Positions 28,294 through 41,268 of a stretch of 64,000 bases of DNA are shown here, piece after piece. Each line of letters starts with the position of its first letter. Position 1 is the stretch's first letter. The stretch spans positions 96,001-160,000 of the forward strand of contig CAVXGR010000024.1 in assembly GCA_963761335.1 (NCBI GenBank). Reading direction: 5' to 3'. This DNA is from an uncultured delta proteobacterium (GTDB lineage: Bacteria > Desulfobacterota > Binatia > HRBIN30 > BPIQ01). The translations under genes and the position numbers were made by a program. The notes below the pieces were generated by a model. It ran no database searches, was not told where the DNA came from, and saw only the letters and a list, made by a program, of their open reading frames with translations.

Positions 28294-29711
28294 GCCCGCT
28301 CGTCCGCGTCGAAGAGCACCAGCTGCCGCTTGCGCCCCTCGTCGACGATGGCGACCGGGTACTCGCCCGTGAAGCAGGCGGCGCAGAAGCCGCTCTGCGA
28401 GGCGCTGCCGTTGCGCTGGAAAGCGTACATCCCCTCGGTGCTCAGGTAGCCGAGGCTGTCGGCGCCGATGAACTGGCGGATCTCGTCGATGCTGTGGCCC
28501 CAGGCGACCAGCTCCTCGCGGCTCGGCGTGTCGATGCCGTAGAAGCAGGGCCCGATGGTCGGCGGCGAGCTGATGCGCATGTGCACCTCGCGAGCCCCGC
28601 CCTGGCGGATCATGGTCACCAGCTTCTGGCTGGTGGTGCCGCGCACGATCGAGTCGTCGACCACGACGACGCGCTTGCCTTCGAGAACGGCGCGCTGAGC
28701 GTTGAGCTTCACGCGCACCCCGAAGTGGCGAATCGACTGCTGCGGCTCGATGAAGGTGCGGCCGACATAGTGATTGCGGATCAGGCCCATCTCGAACGGC
28801 ACGCCCGCGGCCTCGGCGTAGCCGAGGGCGGCGGGCAGCCCCGAATCGGGCACCGGGATGACCACGTCCGCTTCGACCGGCTGCTCGCGGGCGAGCTGCC
28901 GCCCGAGCTCCTTGCGAATCTCGTAGACGCTGCGCCCGTAGACGATGCTGTCCGGGCGCGCGAAGTAGATGTACTCGAAGATGCAGCTGCTGCGCGGCGC
29001 CGGCGGCAGCGGGCGCAGCGACTCGAGGCCGTCGCGGTTGACGACGATGACCTCACCCGGCTCCACTTCCCGCTCGTAGGTGGCGCCGAGCAGATCGAGG
29101 GCGCAGGTCTCGGAGGCGACCACCACGGCGTCGCCGATGTGGCCGAGAACCAGGGGGCGCAGGCCGTGCGGATCGCGAGCCACGATCATCTCGTGCTCGC
29201 TGAGAAAGAGCAGCGAGTAGGCGCCGCGCAGCTGTATCAGCGCCGCCACCACGCGCTCGGCGAGGGTCTCCCCGGGGACGCTGGCGATCAGATGGATGAT
29301 CACCTCGGTATCGACGGACGACTGGAAGATCGAGCCGCGCGTCTCCAGCTGCTCGCGCAGGTGCACGGCGTTCACCAGGTTGCCGTTGTGGGCGACAGCC
29401 AGGCCGCCGCGTGCATAGTCGACCACCAGCGGCTGGGTGTTCTTCAGGAGCGTCTTTCCGGCCGTCGAGTAGCGGTTGTGGCCGATGGCGCTGCTGCCGG
29501 CGAGGCGGCGGATGGTGTCCTCGCTGAAGACGTCGGCGACCAGGCCGAGGCCGCGATGCGATACCAGCACCGTGCCGTCGGAGCTGACGATGCCGGCGCC
29601 TTCCTGGCCGCGGTGCTGCAGCGCGTAGAGCCCGAGGTAGGCGAGGTTCGCCGCCTCCGGATGGCCGTAGACGCCGATGACGCCACACTCTTCGTGAAAG
29701 CGATCCTCCAT
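28290..29711 (-). CDS. purF: Amidophosphoribosyltransferase
   Basis: Propeptide MEDRFHEE then [31 protein letters not shown], and Fe-S cysteines (PCFYG, FCAAC). Confidence 0.98.
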   Translation of the reverse strand: MEDRFHEECGVIGVYGHPEAANLAYLGLYALQHRGQEGAGIVSSDGTVLVSHRGLGLVADVFSEDTIRRLAGSSAIGHNRYSTAGKTLLKNTQPLVVDYARGGLAVAHNGNLVNAVHLREQLETRGSIFQSSVDTEVIIHLIASVPGETLAERVVAALIQLRGAYSLLFLSEHEMIVARDPHGLRPLVLGHIGDAVVVASETCALDLLGATYEREVEPGEVIVVNRDGLESLRPLPPAPRSSCIFEYIYFARPDSIVYGRSVYEIRKELGRQLAREQPVEADVVIPVPDSGLPAALGYAEAAGVPFEMGLIRNHYVGRTFIEPQQSIRHFGVRVKLNAQRAVLEGKRVVVVDDSIVRGTTSQKLVTMIRQGGAREVHMRISSPPTIGPCFYGIDTPSREELVAWGHSIDEIRQFIGADSLGYLSTEGMYAFQRNGSASQSGFCAACFTGEYPVAIVDEGRKRQLVLFDADERA

Positions 29712-29714
29712 CGT

Positions 29715-31934
29715 TCAGGCCCCCATGCGCTGCGGCAGAGCTCCCGCCCACAGGCGCCGCAGCTCGGCGATGGGCAGGTCGATCAGGGTGCCGAGCGAGA
29801 GCCGCGAGCCGCGCACCTCGCCCAGCAGTGTCAGTGTCACACCGGCAGTCGATGCCAGCTCCCGCAGCCGGGTCAGCTGCCGCCGGCGCACGGTGACGAT
29901 GATGCGCGACTGGCTCTCCCCGAAGAGGAGCGCGTCAGGGCGGATCGATCCTTCGAGCTGCAGGGTTGCGCCGATTCCGGCTCCCGGACCGCTGATGCAG
30001 CACTCCGCCAGAGCCACCGCCAGGCCGCCTTCGGCGATGTCGTGGGCCGAACGCAAGAGCCCCTCGGCGTTGGCGGCCGTACACACCGACTGCACGCGCT
30101 TCTCGACGTCGAGGTCGATCCACGGCGGCGATCCCTTGACCATCCCGTGTGCCAGCGCCAGGTACTCGGTGCCGCCGAGCTCCTCGCGCGTGTCGCCGAG
30201 GAGGACGACGATGTCTCCCTCGGTCTTGAACCACTGCGTCTGTGCCCGGGCGATGTCGTCGAGCAGGCCCACCATGCCGATGGTCGGCGTCGGCGGAATC
30301 GCCCGGCCGTTGGTCTCGTTGTAGAAGCTGACGTTGCCGCTGACCACCGGCGTGCCGAGCGCCAGGCAGGCGTCGCGGATGCCGTGTATCGCCTCGCTGA
30401 ACTGCGCCATCACCTCCGGTTTCTCGGGATTGCCGAAGTTGAGGCAGTCGGTGATCGCCAGCGGCCGAGCGCCGGCACAGACGACGTTGCGGGCCGCCTC
30501 GACGACGGCAGTCATGGCGCCGACGTAGGGATCGAGGAAGCAGTAGCGGCTGTTGCAGTCGAGGGCGATGGCGACGCCCTTGCGCGTGCCCTTGATGCGC
30601 AGAACCGCGGCGTCGGAGCCGGGACGCACCAGGGTGTTGCCGCGCACCAGGTAGTCGTACTGGTGGTACACCCAGGCTTTGGAGCCGATGTTGGGCGAGT
30701 CGAGGAGCTTCAGCAGCGCCTGGCTGTAATCCCCGGGCGGCGGGATGCGGTCCAGGTCGAGCCGCGAGCTCTCCTCGCTGTCGGCGCGCGGCTCCGCCGG
30801 GCGGTCGTACACCGGGGCGCCGTCGGCGAGCGGGGCGACCGGGAGGCAGGCGACCTCGGACCCCTGCCACGCGAGGCGGAGCATGCCGTCGTCGGTGACC
30901 TCGCCGATGACGGCGGCGTCGAGGTCCCATTTCTGGAAGATCTCCAGCACCTGATCCTGAGCGCCGGCGCGGGCGACCAGGAGCATGCGCTCCTGCGATT
31001 CCGAGAGCATGATCTCGTAGGGAGTCATGCCCTCCTCGCGCAGGGGCACCCGTGACAGATCGATGCGAATACCGGTACCGCCGCGCCCCGCCATCTCCAC
31101 CGAGGAGCTGGTCAGGCCGGCGGCGCCCATGTCCTGGATGGCGACGATGACGTCGCGCTCCATGAGCTCGAGGCAGGCCTCCAGCAGCAGCTTCTCGGTG
31201 AACGGGTCGCCCACCTGTACGGTCGGCCGCTTGTCGTGCGTCTCGCCGCAGAACTCCGCCGAGGCCAGCAGACTGGCGCCGTGGATGCCGTCGCGACCCG
31301 TCTTCGAGCCGACGTAGATCACCGGGTTACCGGCGCCGGCGGCGGCGGCGAGGAAGATGCGGTCGGCGCGCACCACGCCGAGGGTGAAGGCGTTGACCAG
31401 AATGTTCTCGTTGTAGGCCTCGTCGAAGTAGACCTCACCGCCCACCGTGGGCACGCCGACGCAGTTGCCGTAGGCGCCGATTCCGGCGACCACGCCGCCG
31501 ACGAGATAGCGAGTGCGCGGGTGGTCGAAGCTGCCGAAGCGCAGGGAGTTCAGGTTGGCGATCGGCCGGGCGCCCATGGTGAAGACGTCGCGGAGGATGC
31601 CGCCGACACCGGTGGCGGCGCCCTGGAACGGCTCGACGAAGGAGGGGTGATTGTGGCTCTCGATCTTGAAGACCACCGCCAGGCCGTCGCCGATCGACAC
31701 GGCGCCGGCGTTCTCCCCCGGCCCCTGGAGGACGCCGGGTCCGGAGGTTGGCAGCTCGCGCAGCCAGCGCCGCGAGCTCTTGTAGCTGCAGTGCTCCGAC
31801 CACATCACCGAGAAGATGCCGAGCTCCACGTAGTTCGGCTCGCGCCCGAGGGCGCTGCAGATCTGCCGGTACTCCTCCTCAGTGAGGCCGTGCTCGCGGA
31901 CGAGCTCGGGGGTGACGGCGACGGCGGCGCTCAT
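29715..31934 (-). CDS. purL: Phosphoribosylformylglycinamidine synthase subunit PurL
   Basis: [40 protein letters not shown]. Confidence 0.98.
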   Translation of the reverse strand: MSAAVAVTPELVREHGLTEEEYRQICSALGREPNYVELGIFSVMWSEHCSYKSSRRWLRELPTSGPGVLQGPGENAGAVSIGDGLAVVFKIESHNHPSFVEPFQGAATGVGGILRDVFTMGARPIANLNSLRFGSFDHPRTRYLVGGVVAGIGAYGNCVGVPTVGGEVYFDEAYNENILVNAFTLGVVRADRIFLAAAAGAGNPVIYVGSKTGRDGIHGASLLASAEFCGETHDKRPTVQVGDPFTEKLLLEACLELMERDVIVAIQDMGAAGLTSSSVEMAGRGGTGIRIDLSRVPLREEGMTPYEIMLSESQERMLLVARAGAQDQVLEIFQKWDLDAAVIGEVTDDGMLRLAWQGSEVACLPVAPLADGAPVYDRPAEPRADSEESSRLDLDRIPPPGDYSQALLKLLDSPNIGSKAWVYHQYDYLVRGNTLVRPGSDAAVLRIKGTRKGVAIALDCNSRYCFLDPYVGAMTAVVEAARNVVCAGARPLAITDCLNFGNPEKPEVMAQFSEAIHGIRDACLALGTPVVSGNVSFYNETNGRAIPPTPTIGMVGLLDDIARAQTQWFKTEGDIVVLLGDTREELGGTEYLALAHGMVKGSPPWIDLDVEKRVQSVCTAANAEGLLRSAHDIAEGGLAVALAECCISGPGAGIGATLQLEGSIRPDALLFGESQSRIIVTVRRRQLTRLRELASTAGVTLTLLGEVRGSRLSLGTLIDLPIAELRRLWAGALPQRMGA

Positions 31935-31942
31935 CGCCGTCC

Positions 31943-32680
31943 TCAGTGACCCGGGGCGACGGCGGCGTCGACGGCGTCGCCCCGGCCGGAACGAATCGCG
32001 TGCGCCACTGAGCGGAAGAGCTTGAGCCCGTCCTCATGTCCGAGAAGGCGCTCGGTGGCGTGCTCCGGGTGTGGCATCATGCCGACGACGTTGCGCTCGC
32101 GGTTGATGACGCTGGCGATGTTGTGCAGTGATCCGTTCGGATTGCCCTCCGCAGTGCTGCGGCCGCTGGCGTCGACATAGCGCAGGATCACCCGGCCTTC
32201 TTCCTCGATCTCGTCCAGAATTTTCTGGTCGGCGATGTAGCAGCCCTCGCCGTGCTTGATGGGCAGGGTGAGCACCTCGCCGCGGGAGCACTGGTTGGTG
32301 AACGGCGTGTCGGTGTTCTCGACGCGCACGTGCACGTCATCGCAGATGAAGCGCAGGCCGCGGTTGCGGATCAGGGCCCCGGGGAGGAGGCCGGCCTCGC
32401 AGGCGATCTGGAAGCCGTTGCAGACGGCCATGACCAGTCCGCCGCCGGCGGCGAACTCGACGACGCTGGACATGATCGGCGAGAAGCGGGCCATGGCGCC
32501 GCAGCGGAGATAGTCGCCGTAGGAGAATCCGCCGGGAAGGATGACGCAGTCGACGCCTTGGAGGCTGCGGTCCTTGTGCCAGAGGGGCACGGCGCTGTCG
32601 CCGAGAACGTGCTCGACGGCATTGACCGCATCCTGATCGTCGTTGGAGCCTGGAAAGATGACGACCCCCCAGCGCATCAT
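31943..32680 (-). CDS. purQ: FGAM synthase glutaminase subunit PurQ
   Basis: [40 protein letters not shown] before ATG 32680. Confidence 0.97.
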   Translation of the reverse strand: MMRWGVVIFPGSNDDQDAVNAVEHVLGDSAVPLWHKDRSLQGVDCVILPGGFSYGDYLRCGAMARFSPIMSSVVEFAAGGGLVMAVCNGFQIACEAGLLPGALIRNRGLRFICDDVHVRVENTDTPFTNQCSRGEVLTLPIKHGEGCYIADQKILDEIEEEGRVILRYVDASGRSTAEGNPNGSLHNIASVINRERNVVGMMPHPEHATERLLGHEDGLKLFRSVAHAIRSGRGDAVDAAVAPGH

Positions 32681-32863
32681 CGCCTCACCTCCCGCGTCGA
32701 AACGCCCCCGCCGCCGCGGCGAGGGCCACACAGGCGACGACCATAGCGCAGCTCCGGCGTCGGAGTCGAGAGCCTGTCCGGGGAGTGCCTGTCCGAGGAA
32801 CCTGTCCCGGGGGAGGGATTCACATGGGGAGGATGCCCGGTCGGCGAAGCCTTTTCAATCGGG

Positions 32864-33033
32864 CATCTCCCCCGATTCCCCGTTCTCATTCCCGGTCCTC
32901 ATCCCGTCGTTTTCCATTCGCTCCGACAGCCGCGAGCAGGCTCGATGCGCCTCTGGCCCTCACGTCGCCGGCAGAGCAATGGAAAACGACGGGATGAGGA
33001 CCGGGAATGAAAATGGAGAATCGGGGGCAGATG
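32864..33033. repeat. Long hairpin element, family B copy 2 (inverted relative to copy 1)
   Basis: Arms at 32864-32918 and 32978-33033. The reverse complement of the loop aligns with the loop of copy 1. Confidence 0.85.
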
Positions 33034-33054
33034 GCGCAACCCGCCCGAAGAGTC

Positions 33055-33351
33055 TCAGCTCGCCCTGGCGAAGGGGACGCGGCCGGCGGCGGTGAGCAGG
33101 TAGCCGCAGGAACGTCCCGTCAGATCCCAGCAGCGTCCCTGGACATCCACGTGGCCGTGATAGCGGCCGTTCTCGTCGAGACGGATGCCGCTGTCGCTCA
33201 GGGCGCCACGATAAATGCCGTCGCGATCGCGGTAGTGGCCGACCTCATCGACATAGCCGAGATAGTTGCCGTGCTCGTCGAAGTGGTAGCGCGTCTCGGC
33301 GCGCAGCTTGTCTCTCCCGAAGGTCGCCTTCAGACCGCCCGTATGCATCAT
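33055..33351 (-). CDS. Small beta-hairpin-repeat hypothetical protein (98 aa), paralog of 59780-60031
   Basis: GGGAGAG RBS and ATG 33351. RYHFDEHGNYLGYVDEVG...DVQGRCWDLTGRSCGY, with repeated D-x-x-G-x-x-x-G units. Confidence 0.7.
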   Translation of the reverse strand: MMHTGGLKATFGRDKLRAETRYHFDEHGNYLGYVDEVGHYRDRDGIYRGALSDSGIRLDENGRYHGHVDVQGRCWDLTGRSCGYLLTAAGRVPFARAS

Positions 33352-33450
33352 TTTGCTCTCCCGAACTGTTACGCAGCTAGCGACCCACGGCCGCGGATTG
33401 CCCGCGACACCGCACCTGCCAGTGGAACTCCCGAGGCGAATCGCCGGAGC

Positions 33451-33467
33451 AGCAATCCCTCTGCCAG
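33451..33467 (-). promoter_or_regulatory. sigma54 promoter upstream of the small repeat-protein gene
   Basis: Minus strand reads CTGGCAG-AGGGA-TTGCT, 100 nt upstream of ATG 33351. Confidence 0.6.
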
Positions 33468-33600
33468 GACTCGCATGTCGGACGGCACTTGCCAGCGCGG
33501 CTGGCGGCCGGTCCTCATTGGTAGAAATCACCCAACGGAAGACCCAGTTTTACGTGGCGCAAGCCCGGCTTGCGCACTCCCGCAACGGCCGCTGCGATCT

Positions 33601-34806
33601 CTACTCTGACGGCGCAAAGCGCAGCGGTAGCCGCGTCGGTCCGAAGATGCCGGTCCTCGGCCGCCAGCGCACCTCGCCGTCGATCTGCAGATCGCGCAGG
33701 CGCCGCGACAGCACCAGCAGCGCTTCCTGCATCTCCGCGCGCGCCAGGTTCGCCCCGAGACAGTAGTGGGCTCCGCCGCCGAAGGTGAGTGGCGGCAGGG
33801 GGCGCTCGATCGTCATGTCGAAGGTCTCCGGCCGCCGGTGGGCGGCCGGATCGTGATTGGCCGCTCCCGTGGACAGCGTCAGCAAGGTGCCCGCGGGAAT
33901 GCGATAGTCGCCGACCTGCAGCTCTTCCCGCGCAATGCGAGGCGCGACGCTCACCGCTCCCGTGAACCGCAGGACCTCCTCGACGGCCGCACTCACGCGC
34001 TGCGGCTCGTCGGCGAGTAGGCGCCATTGCTCGGGATTGTGCGCGAACAGCTCCATGGCGATCCCCAGCTGGTTGCGGGTCGTATCGTAGCCGGCGAACA
34101 GCAGGGCGCCGATCATGCTGCGCAGCTCGATGGGGCTCAGGTGATCGCCGCCGTCCTCCGCCTGGATCAGTCGCGTCACCAGGTCGTCCTGCGGGTCCCG
34201 CCGGCGCGCTTCGATGAATCCTTCGAGATAACCCACGAGACCGTCGAACGCCGCCTGGATCTCGGGCATGCGCACCGCCAGCTCGAACGAGAGGACCCAG
34301 GTGAGGCCGTTGGCCCACCGTCCGAAACGGTCGTAGTCCTGGCGCGGCACGCCGAGCAGCTCGCAGATCATCTGGATCGGGTAGTGATCGGCGAAGTCGG
34401 CCATGAACTCGCAGGATCCGGCGCCGGCAAAACGCTCCACCAGCTCCTCGCTCAAGGCCCGCATCGATGGCCGCAGCACCTCGACCGAGCGCGGCGTGAA
34501 GGCCCGGCTGACGAGCTTGCGCAGCCGGGTGTGATCCTCGCCGTCCACGGAGAGCAGGGCGCGCGAGAGAAACTCGTACAGGACGCCGTCGGTGAGCCCT
34601 TGAAGGCGGACGATCGGCAGGAGCGAGCTGTCGAGGCGCCGATCAGCGAGCAGCGCTTCGACCTGGGCATGCTCGACGACCACGGCGCCGATGGCCGTCC
34701 GCGCCAGACAGCTCTGCGCCCGGACCGCGTCCATCGCGGCCGCGGGGTTCGCCTCGAACTCGGCGCTCAGAAAGTCGAGAAACGGGGCATCGTCAAGAGA
34801 CTTCAT
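33601..34806 (-). CDS. Cytochrome P450
   Basis: I-helix AGYDTT, K-helix EVLR, heme motif FGGGAHYCLG. Confidence 0.97.
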   Translation of the reverse strand: MKSLDDAPFLDFLSAEFEANPAAAMDAVRAQSCLARTAIGAVVVEHAQVEALLADRRLDSSLLPIVRLQGLTDGVLYEFLSRALLSVDGEDHTRLRKLVSRAFTPRSVEVLRPSMRALSEELVERFAGAGSCEFMADFADHYPIQMICELLGVPRQDYDRFGRWANGLTWVLSFELAVRMPEIQAAFDGLVGYLEGFIEARRRDPQDDLVTRLIQAEDGGDHLSPIELRSMIGALLFAGYDTTRNQLGIAMELFAHNPEQWRLLADEPQRVSAAVEEVLRFTGAVSVAPRIAREELQVGDYRIPAGTLLTLSTGAANHDPAAHRRPETFDMTIERPLPPLTFGGGAHYCLGANLARAEMQEALLVLSRRLRDLQIDGEVRWRPRTGIFGPTRLPLRFAPSE

Positions 34807-34830
34807 GGGGACGTTGTCGATCCGCCGCCT

Positions 34831-35070
34831 CTACTCGAGCTCGAAGCGGTAGTCCTCGATGACGCCGTTGGCGATCAGCTGGCGGCACATGTCGTCGAGG
34901 CGCCGCGAGGCCTCCTCGCGGTCGCCGTCGCGCAGGCGCACCTCGACCAGCTTGCCCAGGCGGACCTCCTCGACCTCGTCGAAGCCGAGAGCGTGAAGGG
35001 AATGCTCGATCGCCTTTCCCTGTGGATCGAGGACGCCGCGTTTCAGTGTGACGTAGATGCGCGCCTGCAT
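34831..35070 (-). CDS. purS: FGAM synthase subunit PurS
   Basis: MQARIYVTLKRGVLDPQGKAI...MCRQLIANGVIEDY, 79 aa from ATG 35070. Confidence 0.96.
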   Translation of the reverse strand: MQARIYVTLKRGVLDPQGKAIEHSLHALGFDEVEEVRLGKLVEVRLRDGDREEASRRLDDMCRQLIANGVIEDYRFELE

Positions 35071-35077
35071 TCTCCCC

Positions 35078-35545
35078 TCACTCACGCCCCGCGGCGCCGC
35101 CGGTATGCCCGAATCCCCCGGCACCGCGCGCGGTCGGTGCAATCGCCGGAGCCTCGTGCAGCTGGGCGCGGACCACCGGGCTGACAACGAGCTGGGCGAC
35201 GCGGTCGCCGCGCCGCACCACGAAATCGGCCTCGCCGAGGTTGACGAGTACCACTTTGATCTCACCGCGGTAGTCGGAGTCGATGGTCCCCGGGGAGTTG
35301 AGCAGGGTGACGCCGCTGTGCCAGGCGAGTCCGCTCCGCGGTCGGACCTGGCCCTCGAAGCCCGTCGGCAGCTCGAGGGCAATGCCGGTGGGAATCAGGG
35401 CCCGCTGTCGCGGCGGGATGACCGCCGGCTCTTCCACGTCGGCGCACAGGTCCATGCCGACCGATCCTTCGGTCATGTAGCTCGGCAGGGGAATGTCGGC
35501 GCGATCCGCGCGAACCCGCTTCACGGGCACGACCACCGACTGCAT
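35078..35545 (-). CDS. dut: dUTP diphosphatase
   Basis: GMDL, RPRSGLA, GTIDSDYRGE, RVAQL, RGAGGFGHTG (motifs I-V). Confidence 0.97.
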   Translation of the reverse strand: MQSVVVPVKRVRADRADIPLPSYMTEGSVGMDLCADVEEPAVIPPRQRALIPTGIALELPTGFEGQVRPRSGLAWHSGVTLLNSPGTIDSDYRGEIKVVLVNLGEADFVVRRGDRVAQLVVSPVVRAQLHEAPAIAPTARGAGGFGHTGGAAGRE

Positions 35546-35554
35546 CGTCCGCCC

Positions 35555-36814
35555 CTAGGCCGCGGCCAGGATGTCCTCTTTGAGGTCGCGACCCTTGAGG
35601 TCGCCGAGCAGCGTCAGCGTCATCCGCCGCGGCTGCGTCAGCTGCTGTACCAGCGCCACGATCTCCGGCATGGTCACCGCCTCGATGCGCGCCGCGACCT
35701 CTTCAGGCGAGACGTCGCCGCCGTAGTAGATCTCGTTCTTGGCGATGCGGTTCATGTGGTTGTCGCTGGTCTCGAGCCCGAGCAGGAGATTGCCTTTGAG
35801 CTGATTCTTCACGCGGCGCAGCTCCGGCTCCTGCAGCCCCTGCGCGGCAACGCGGTCGACCTCGGCGAGGATCAGTCCCACGACCTCCTCGACCCACTCC
35901 GGGCTGGTGCCCACGTAAATGCCGAGGTAGCCGGTGTCCTGATAGGCGGACAGGAACGAGTACACCGAGTAGGCGCGGCCGCGCCGCTCGCGGATCTCCT
36001 GGAAAAGGCGCGAGCTCATTCCCCCGCCGAGCGCGGTGTTGAGCAGATAGGCGGCGTAGCGCTGCGGCGACGCCTGCGGCAGGGCAGGGGTGCCGAGGCA
36101 GACGTGCACCTGCTCCAAGGGCTTCTCGGTGATGAAGAGCCCCTGCTGCGGCTGCGGCGCCGGTGCGGAAGAGGCGGGAGTCGTGCCGGTGAGGCTGCCG
36201 AACTCGCGTTCGGCCCAGTCGCAGAGGTCGGCGTGCCGCAGGTTGCCGGCGGCGGCGATGATGATGCGGTTCGGACGGTAACGCGCCTGCAGGAAGTCGA
36301 GAAAATCCTTCTGGCCGAAGCGCTCCACGGTTTCGACGCGGCCGCAGATCGGCAGCCCGAGGGCGTGGCCCGGCCAGAATCGCATGTTGAAGAGGTCGTG
36401 CACGTAGTCGTCGGGAGTGTCCTCCACCTGGAGGATCTCCTGCAGCACCACCGAGCGCTCGCGGTCGATCTCCACGGGGTCAAAGCGCGAGCGCAGAAAG
36501 ATGTCGGCGAGGACGTCCTGGGCGAGCGGCAGGTGCTCGGCCAGCACCTTGGCGTAGTAGCAGGTGTACTCCTTGCCGGTGAAGGCGTTGAGGATGCCGC
36601 CGACGGCGTCGATCTCCTCGGCGATCTGCGCCGCGTTGCGGCGCTCGGTCCCCTTGAAGAACAGGTGCTCGAGGAAGTGCGAGATCCCGCCCTGGGACTC
36701 GCTCTCGTACCGAGAGCCGTTCTCGACCCAGATGCCGAGCGTGGCCGAAGGCACGCCCGGCATCTCGGCAGACACTACGCGGAGGCCGTTGGTGAGCTGC
36801 GAACGGCTCACCAT
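35555..36814 (-). CDS. M16 (pitrilysin-family) zinc peptidase
   Basis: Inverted zinc motif HFLEH, NAFTGKE, GGGMSSRLFQEIRE; usual position downstream of pnp. Confidence 0.95.
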   Translation of the reverse strand: MVSRSQLTNGLRVVSAEMPGVPSATLGIWVENGSRYESESQGGISHFLEHLFFKGTERRNAAQIAEEIDAVGGILNAFTGKEYTCYYAKVLAEHLPLAQDVLADIFLRSRFDPVEIDRERSVVLQEILQVEDTPDDYVHDLFNMRFWPGHALGLPICGRVETVERFGQKDFLDFLQARYRPNRIIIAAAGNLRHADLCDWAEREFGSLTGTTPASSAPAPQPQQGLFITEKPLEQVHVCLGTPALPQASPQRYAAYLLNTALGGGMSSRLFQEIRERRGRAYSVYSFLSAYQDTGYLGIYVGTSPEWVEEVVGLILAEVDRVAAQGLQEPELRRVKNQLKGNLLLGLETSDNHMNRIAKNEIYYGGDVSPEEVAARIEAVTMPEIVALVQQLTQPRRMTLTLLGDLKGRDLKEDILAAA

Positions 36815-36817
36815 CGG

Positions 36818-38953
<2,136 letters not shown>

Positions 38954-39040
38954 GAGTTACCTCCCTGGTCCGCTCTTGGACGAACCCTGTGGTGTGGGAG
39001 GGAAGACGCTCGGGACGAGCAATCGAGCGCCGCCGCCCGC

Positions 39041-39310
39041 CTACTTGCGGATGCCGAGGCGTTCGATGACGTTCTTGTAGCGATTTGGATCGGAGCGCTT
39101 CAGGTAGTCCAACATGCGCCGGCGCTGGCCGACCAGCTTCAGAAGGCCGCGCCGGGAGTGATGATCCTTGGCGTGGCTCTTGAAGTGTTCGGTCAGGTAC
39201 TCGATCCGTGCGCTCAGCAACGCGATCTGGACTTCCGAGGATCCAGTATCCTTTTCGTGATACCGGAACCCTTCGATCAGCTCCCGCTTACGCTGCGGAA
39301 GAAGTCCCAT
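39041..39310 (-). CDS. rpsO: 30S ribosomal protein S15
   Basis: [30 protein letters not shown]; 89 aa; GGAGG RBS. Confidence 0.99.
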   Translation of the reverse strand: MGLLPQRKRELIEGFRYHEKDTGSSEVQIALLSARIEYLTEHFKSHAKDHHSRRGLLKLVGQRRRMLDYLKRSDPNRYKNVIERLGIRK

Positions 39311-39548
39311 CTTTCCTCCAATTTCCTTTCTTGTTATCCGGGCTAGCTACCACAGCGCCACAGTGAAGTAAAGCTGCCGATGCGCGATCCGCACGCGGTT
39401 GAAATGCAGGCAAACGCCGGCGGCGCCCTGGCCAATGTAGAAGCGGCGTCCCGCCGCTTCGGAGGCGCCGGGACGGCGCTTCTACTTCGCGGATGCAATT
39501 GCGGTCGTTGCACCTGCGGCAGCTGGTTGATAGCTTTTCTGGGACGCG

Positions 39549-39995
39549 GTGGTCGGAACCAAAATGGCGGGCAGAGATTCGAGCGGCTCCGGGGATGTGC
39601 CCAACCGGGTCGCAGATGGCGGGAGGCGTGTCCTGCTGATCGAGGACAACCTGGATTCGGCGGAGAGCATGCAGCTGCTGCTGCAGCTCGTCGGCCATCG
39701 GGTGTCGGTGGCCCACGACGGCTCCTCGGGACTGCGCGCCGCCCGCGAGCACCGGCCCGAGGTGGTGGTCTGCGATATCGGCATTCCGGGCGGCATGGAT
39801 GGCTACGAGATCGCCCGGCAGCTGCGCTCCAACCCGACAATGTCGTCGGCCTACCTGATCGCCCTGACCGGCTACGGCCAGGCCGAGGACAAGCGCCGCG
39901 CCCGCGAAGCAGGCTTCGACGCCCACCTCACCAAGCCGGCGGACCCCCAGCAGCTGCAGCGACTGATCATCGAGCTGCCCAGGCAGGCGTTCTAG
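39549..39995 (+). CDS. Stand-alone response regulator receiver domain
   Basis: VLLIEDN, VCDIGIPG.MDG, ALTG, HLTKP. Resembles the C-terminal receiver of hybrid kinases; start uncertain. Confidence 0.85.
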   Translation: MVGTKMAGRDSSGSGDVPNRVADGGRRVLLIEDNLDSAESMQLLLQLVGHRVSVAHDGSSGLRAAREHRPEVVVCDIGIPGGMDGYEIARQLRSNPTMSSAYLIALTGYGQAEDKRRAREAGFDAHLTKPADPQQLQRLIIELPRQAF

Positions 39996-40002
39996 CCCCG
40001 GG

Positions 40003-41268
40003 CTAGAGCCGGCAGATGGCGCCGTCGGCTTCGAGGCGGCGCTGCACTTCGCCGACCGGCAGGCGCGCCGCCGAAATCCCGGCGCCGGCGGCGATCGCGG
40101 CGGCCGTGCCCGCCGCCTGTCCGGTGGCCATGCACGGCGGGATTTCCTTGGTGGCGTGGTGGACTCGGTGGTCCACCGAGATGCAGCGGCCGGCAAAGAG
40201 CAGGTTCTCGTACTCGCGCGAAAGAAGGCAGCGGTAGGGAATCGAGTAGGTCGTGCCGTACCTGGTCCAGTTCCCGGTGACCGCGATCGAGTCGTCGAAG
40301 GGGAGGTCGGCATCCTCGCGGCGCAGGATGTAGGCGCCCCGCGGACGCCGGCTCTCGGTGATCCCCAGCTGGCTGGCGATGTCGGCGAGATAGGCCTTGG
40401 CGAACTGCGGCACCTCGCGGCGCAGGCGGTCGACCTCCTCCATGACCAGGCGCCTGCACTCGACCTCGGCCAAGGTCAGATCAACCGGGTCGGTGGCGTC
40501 GATCTTGCGCACCGCCGGCTCGGTGGCCCCCCACGGAAACAGCAGGCGGTCGCGCCCCGCGGTGTGAAAGAACCAGCCGCCGGCGGCGACGGCAGCCTCC
40601 GGGTCCTCGACGCCGCCCATGCGGAACCACAGCCATGGGCGCACCTTCTCCTTCTCGAAGGGAACGCCGGCGTGGGCGAAGAGGTCGCCGTCGCCGGTGG
40701 TGTCGATCACGGAGTTCGCGAGGATGGCGAAGCGCCCGCTCTTTCCCTCGAAGCAGACGCCGGCGATGCGCGGCCCGTCGCGAATGACGTCGGCGGCCCA
40801 GGAGTGGAGGAGCAGGCGGGCGCCGCTGCCGGCGACCATCGCATTGAGGGCGAAGCGCAGCTCTTCGGGATCGTAGGCGACCGAGTATCGCACCCGGTGC
40901 GGGCCGCCTCCCCAGACCAGGCCCCAGCGGCGATAGTGCTCCAGCAGCTCCGGGTCGCTGCTGGCCCACTCGGCCGGCGGTGGGAAGTGGGCGGCGCCGC
41001 GCCCGGCCATCCTCTCGGTGACCTCTTGGCAGAGGCCGCGTATCACCTGCCGTCCGTTGCCGTCGTCGAGCGTCAGCAGAAGGATGATCAGCCCGCCGCT
41101 CGCCAGCCCGCCGAGAGCGCCGTAGCGCTCCGCGAGAATGGTGTCGGCGCCGCAACGGGCGGCAGCGACGGCGGCCGCGGCCCCCGCAGTGCCGCCGCCG
41201 ACGACTAGGACCTGGGTCTCCGCCAGAACGGGAATGCGCCGCGCCGGCTCGTCAATGAACCGAGACAC
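40003..41268 (-). CDS. FAD-dependent oxidoreductase (FAD_oxidored family)
   Basis: VVGGGTAG, IDTTGDGDL, YSIPYRCL, AGRCIS, MATGQAAG. Confidence 0.92.
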   Translation of the reverse strand: MSRFIDEPARRIPVLAETQVLVVGGGTAGAAAAVAAARCGADTILAERYGALGGLASGGLIILLLTLDDGNGRQVIRGLCQEVTERMAGRGAAHFPPPAEWASSDPELLEHYRRWGLVWGGGPHRVRYSVAYDPEELRFALNAMVAGSGARLLLHSWAADVIRDGPRIAGVCFEGKSGRFAILANSVIDTTGDGDLFAHAGVPFEKEKVRPWLWFRMGGVEDPEAAVAAGGWFFHTAGRDRLLFPWGATEPAVRKIDATDPVDLTLAEVECRRLVMEEVDRLRREVPQFAKAYLADIASQLGITESRRPRGAYILRREDADLPFDDSIAVTGNWTRYGTTYSIPYRCLLSREYENLLFAGRCISVDHRVHHATKEIPPCMATGQAAGTAAAIAAGAGISAARLPVGEVQRRLEADGAICRL

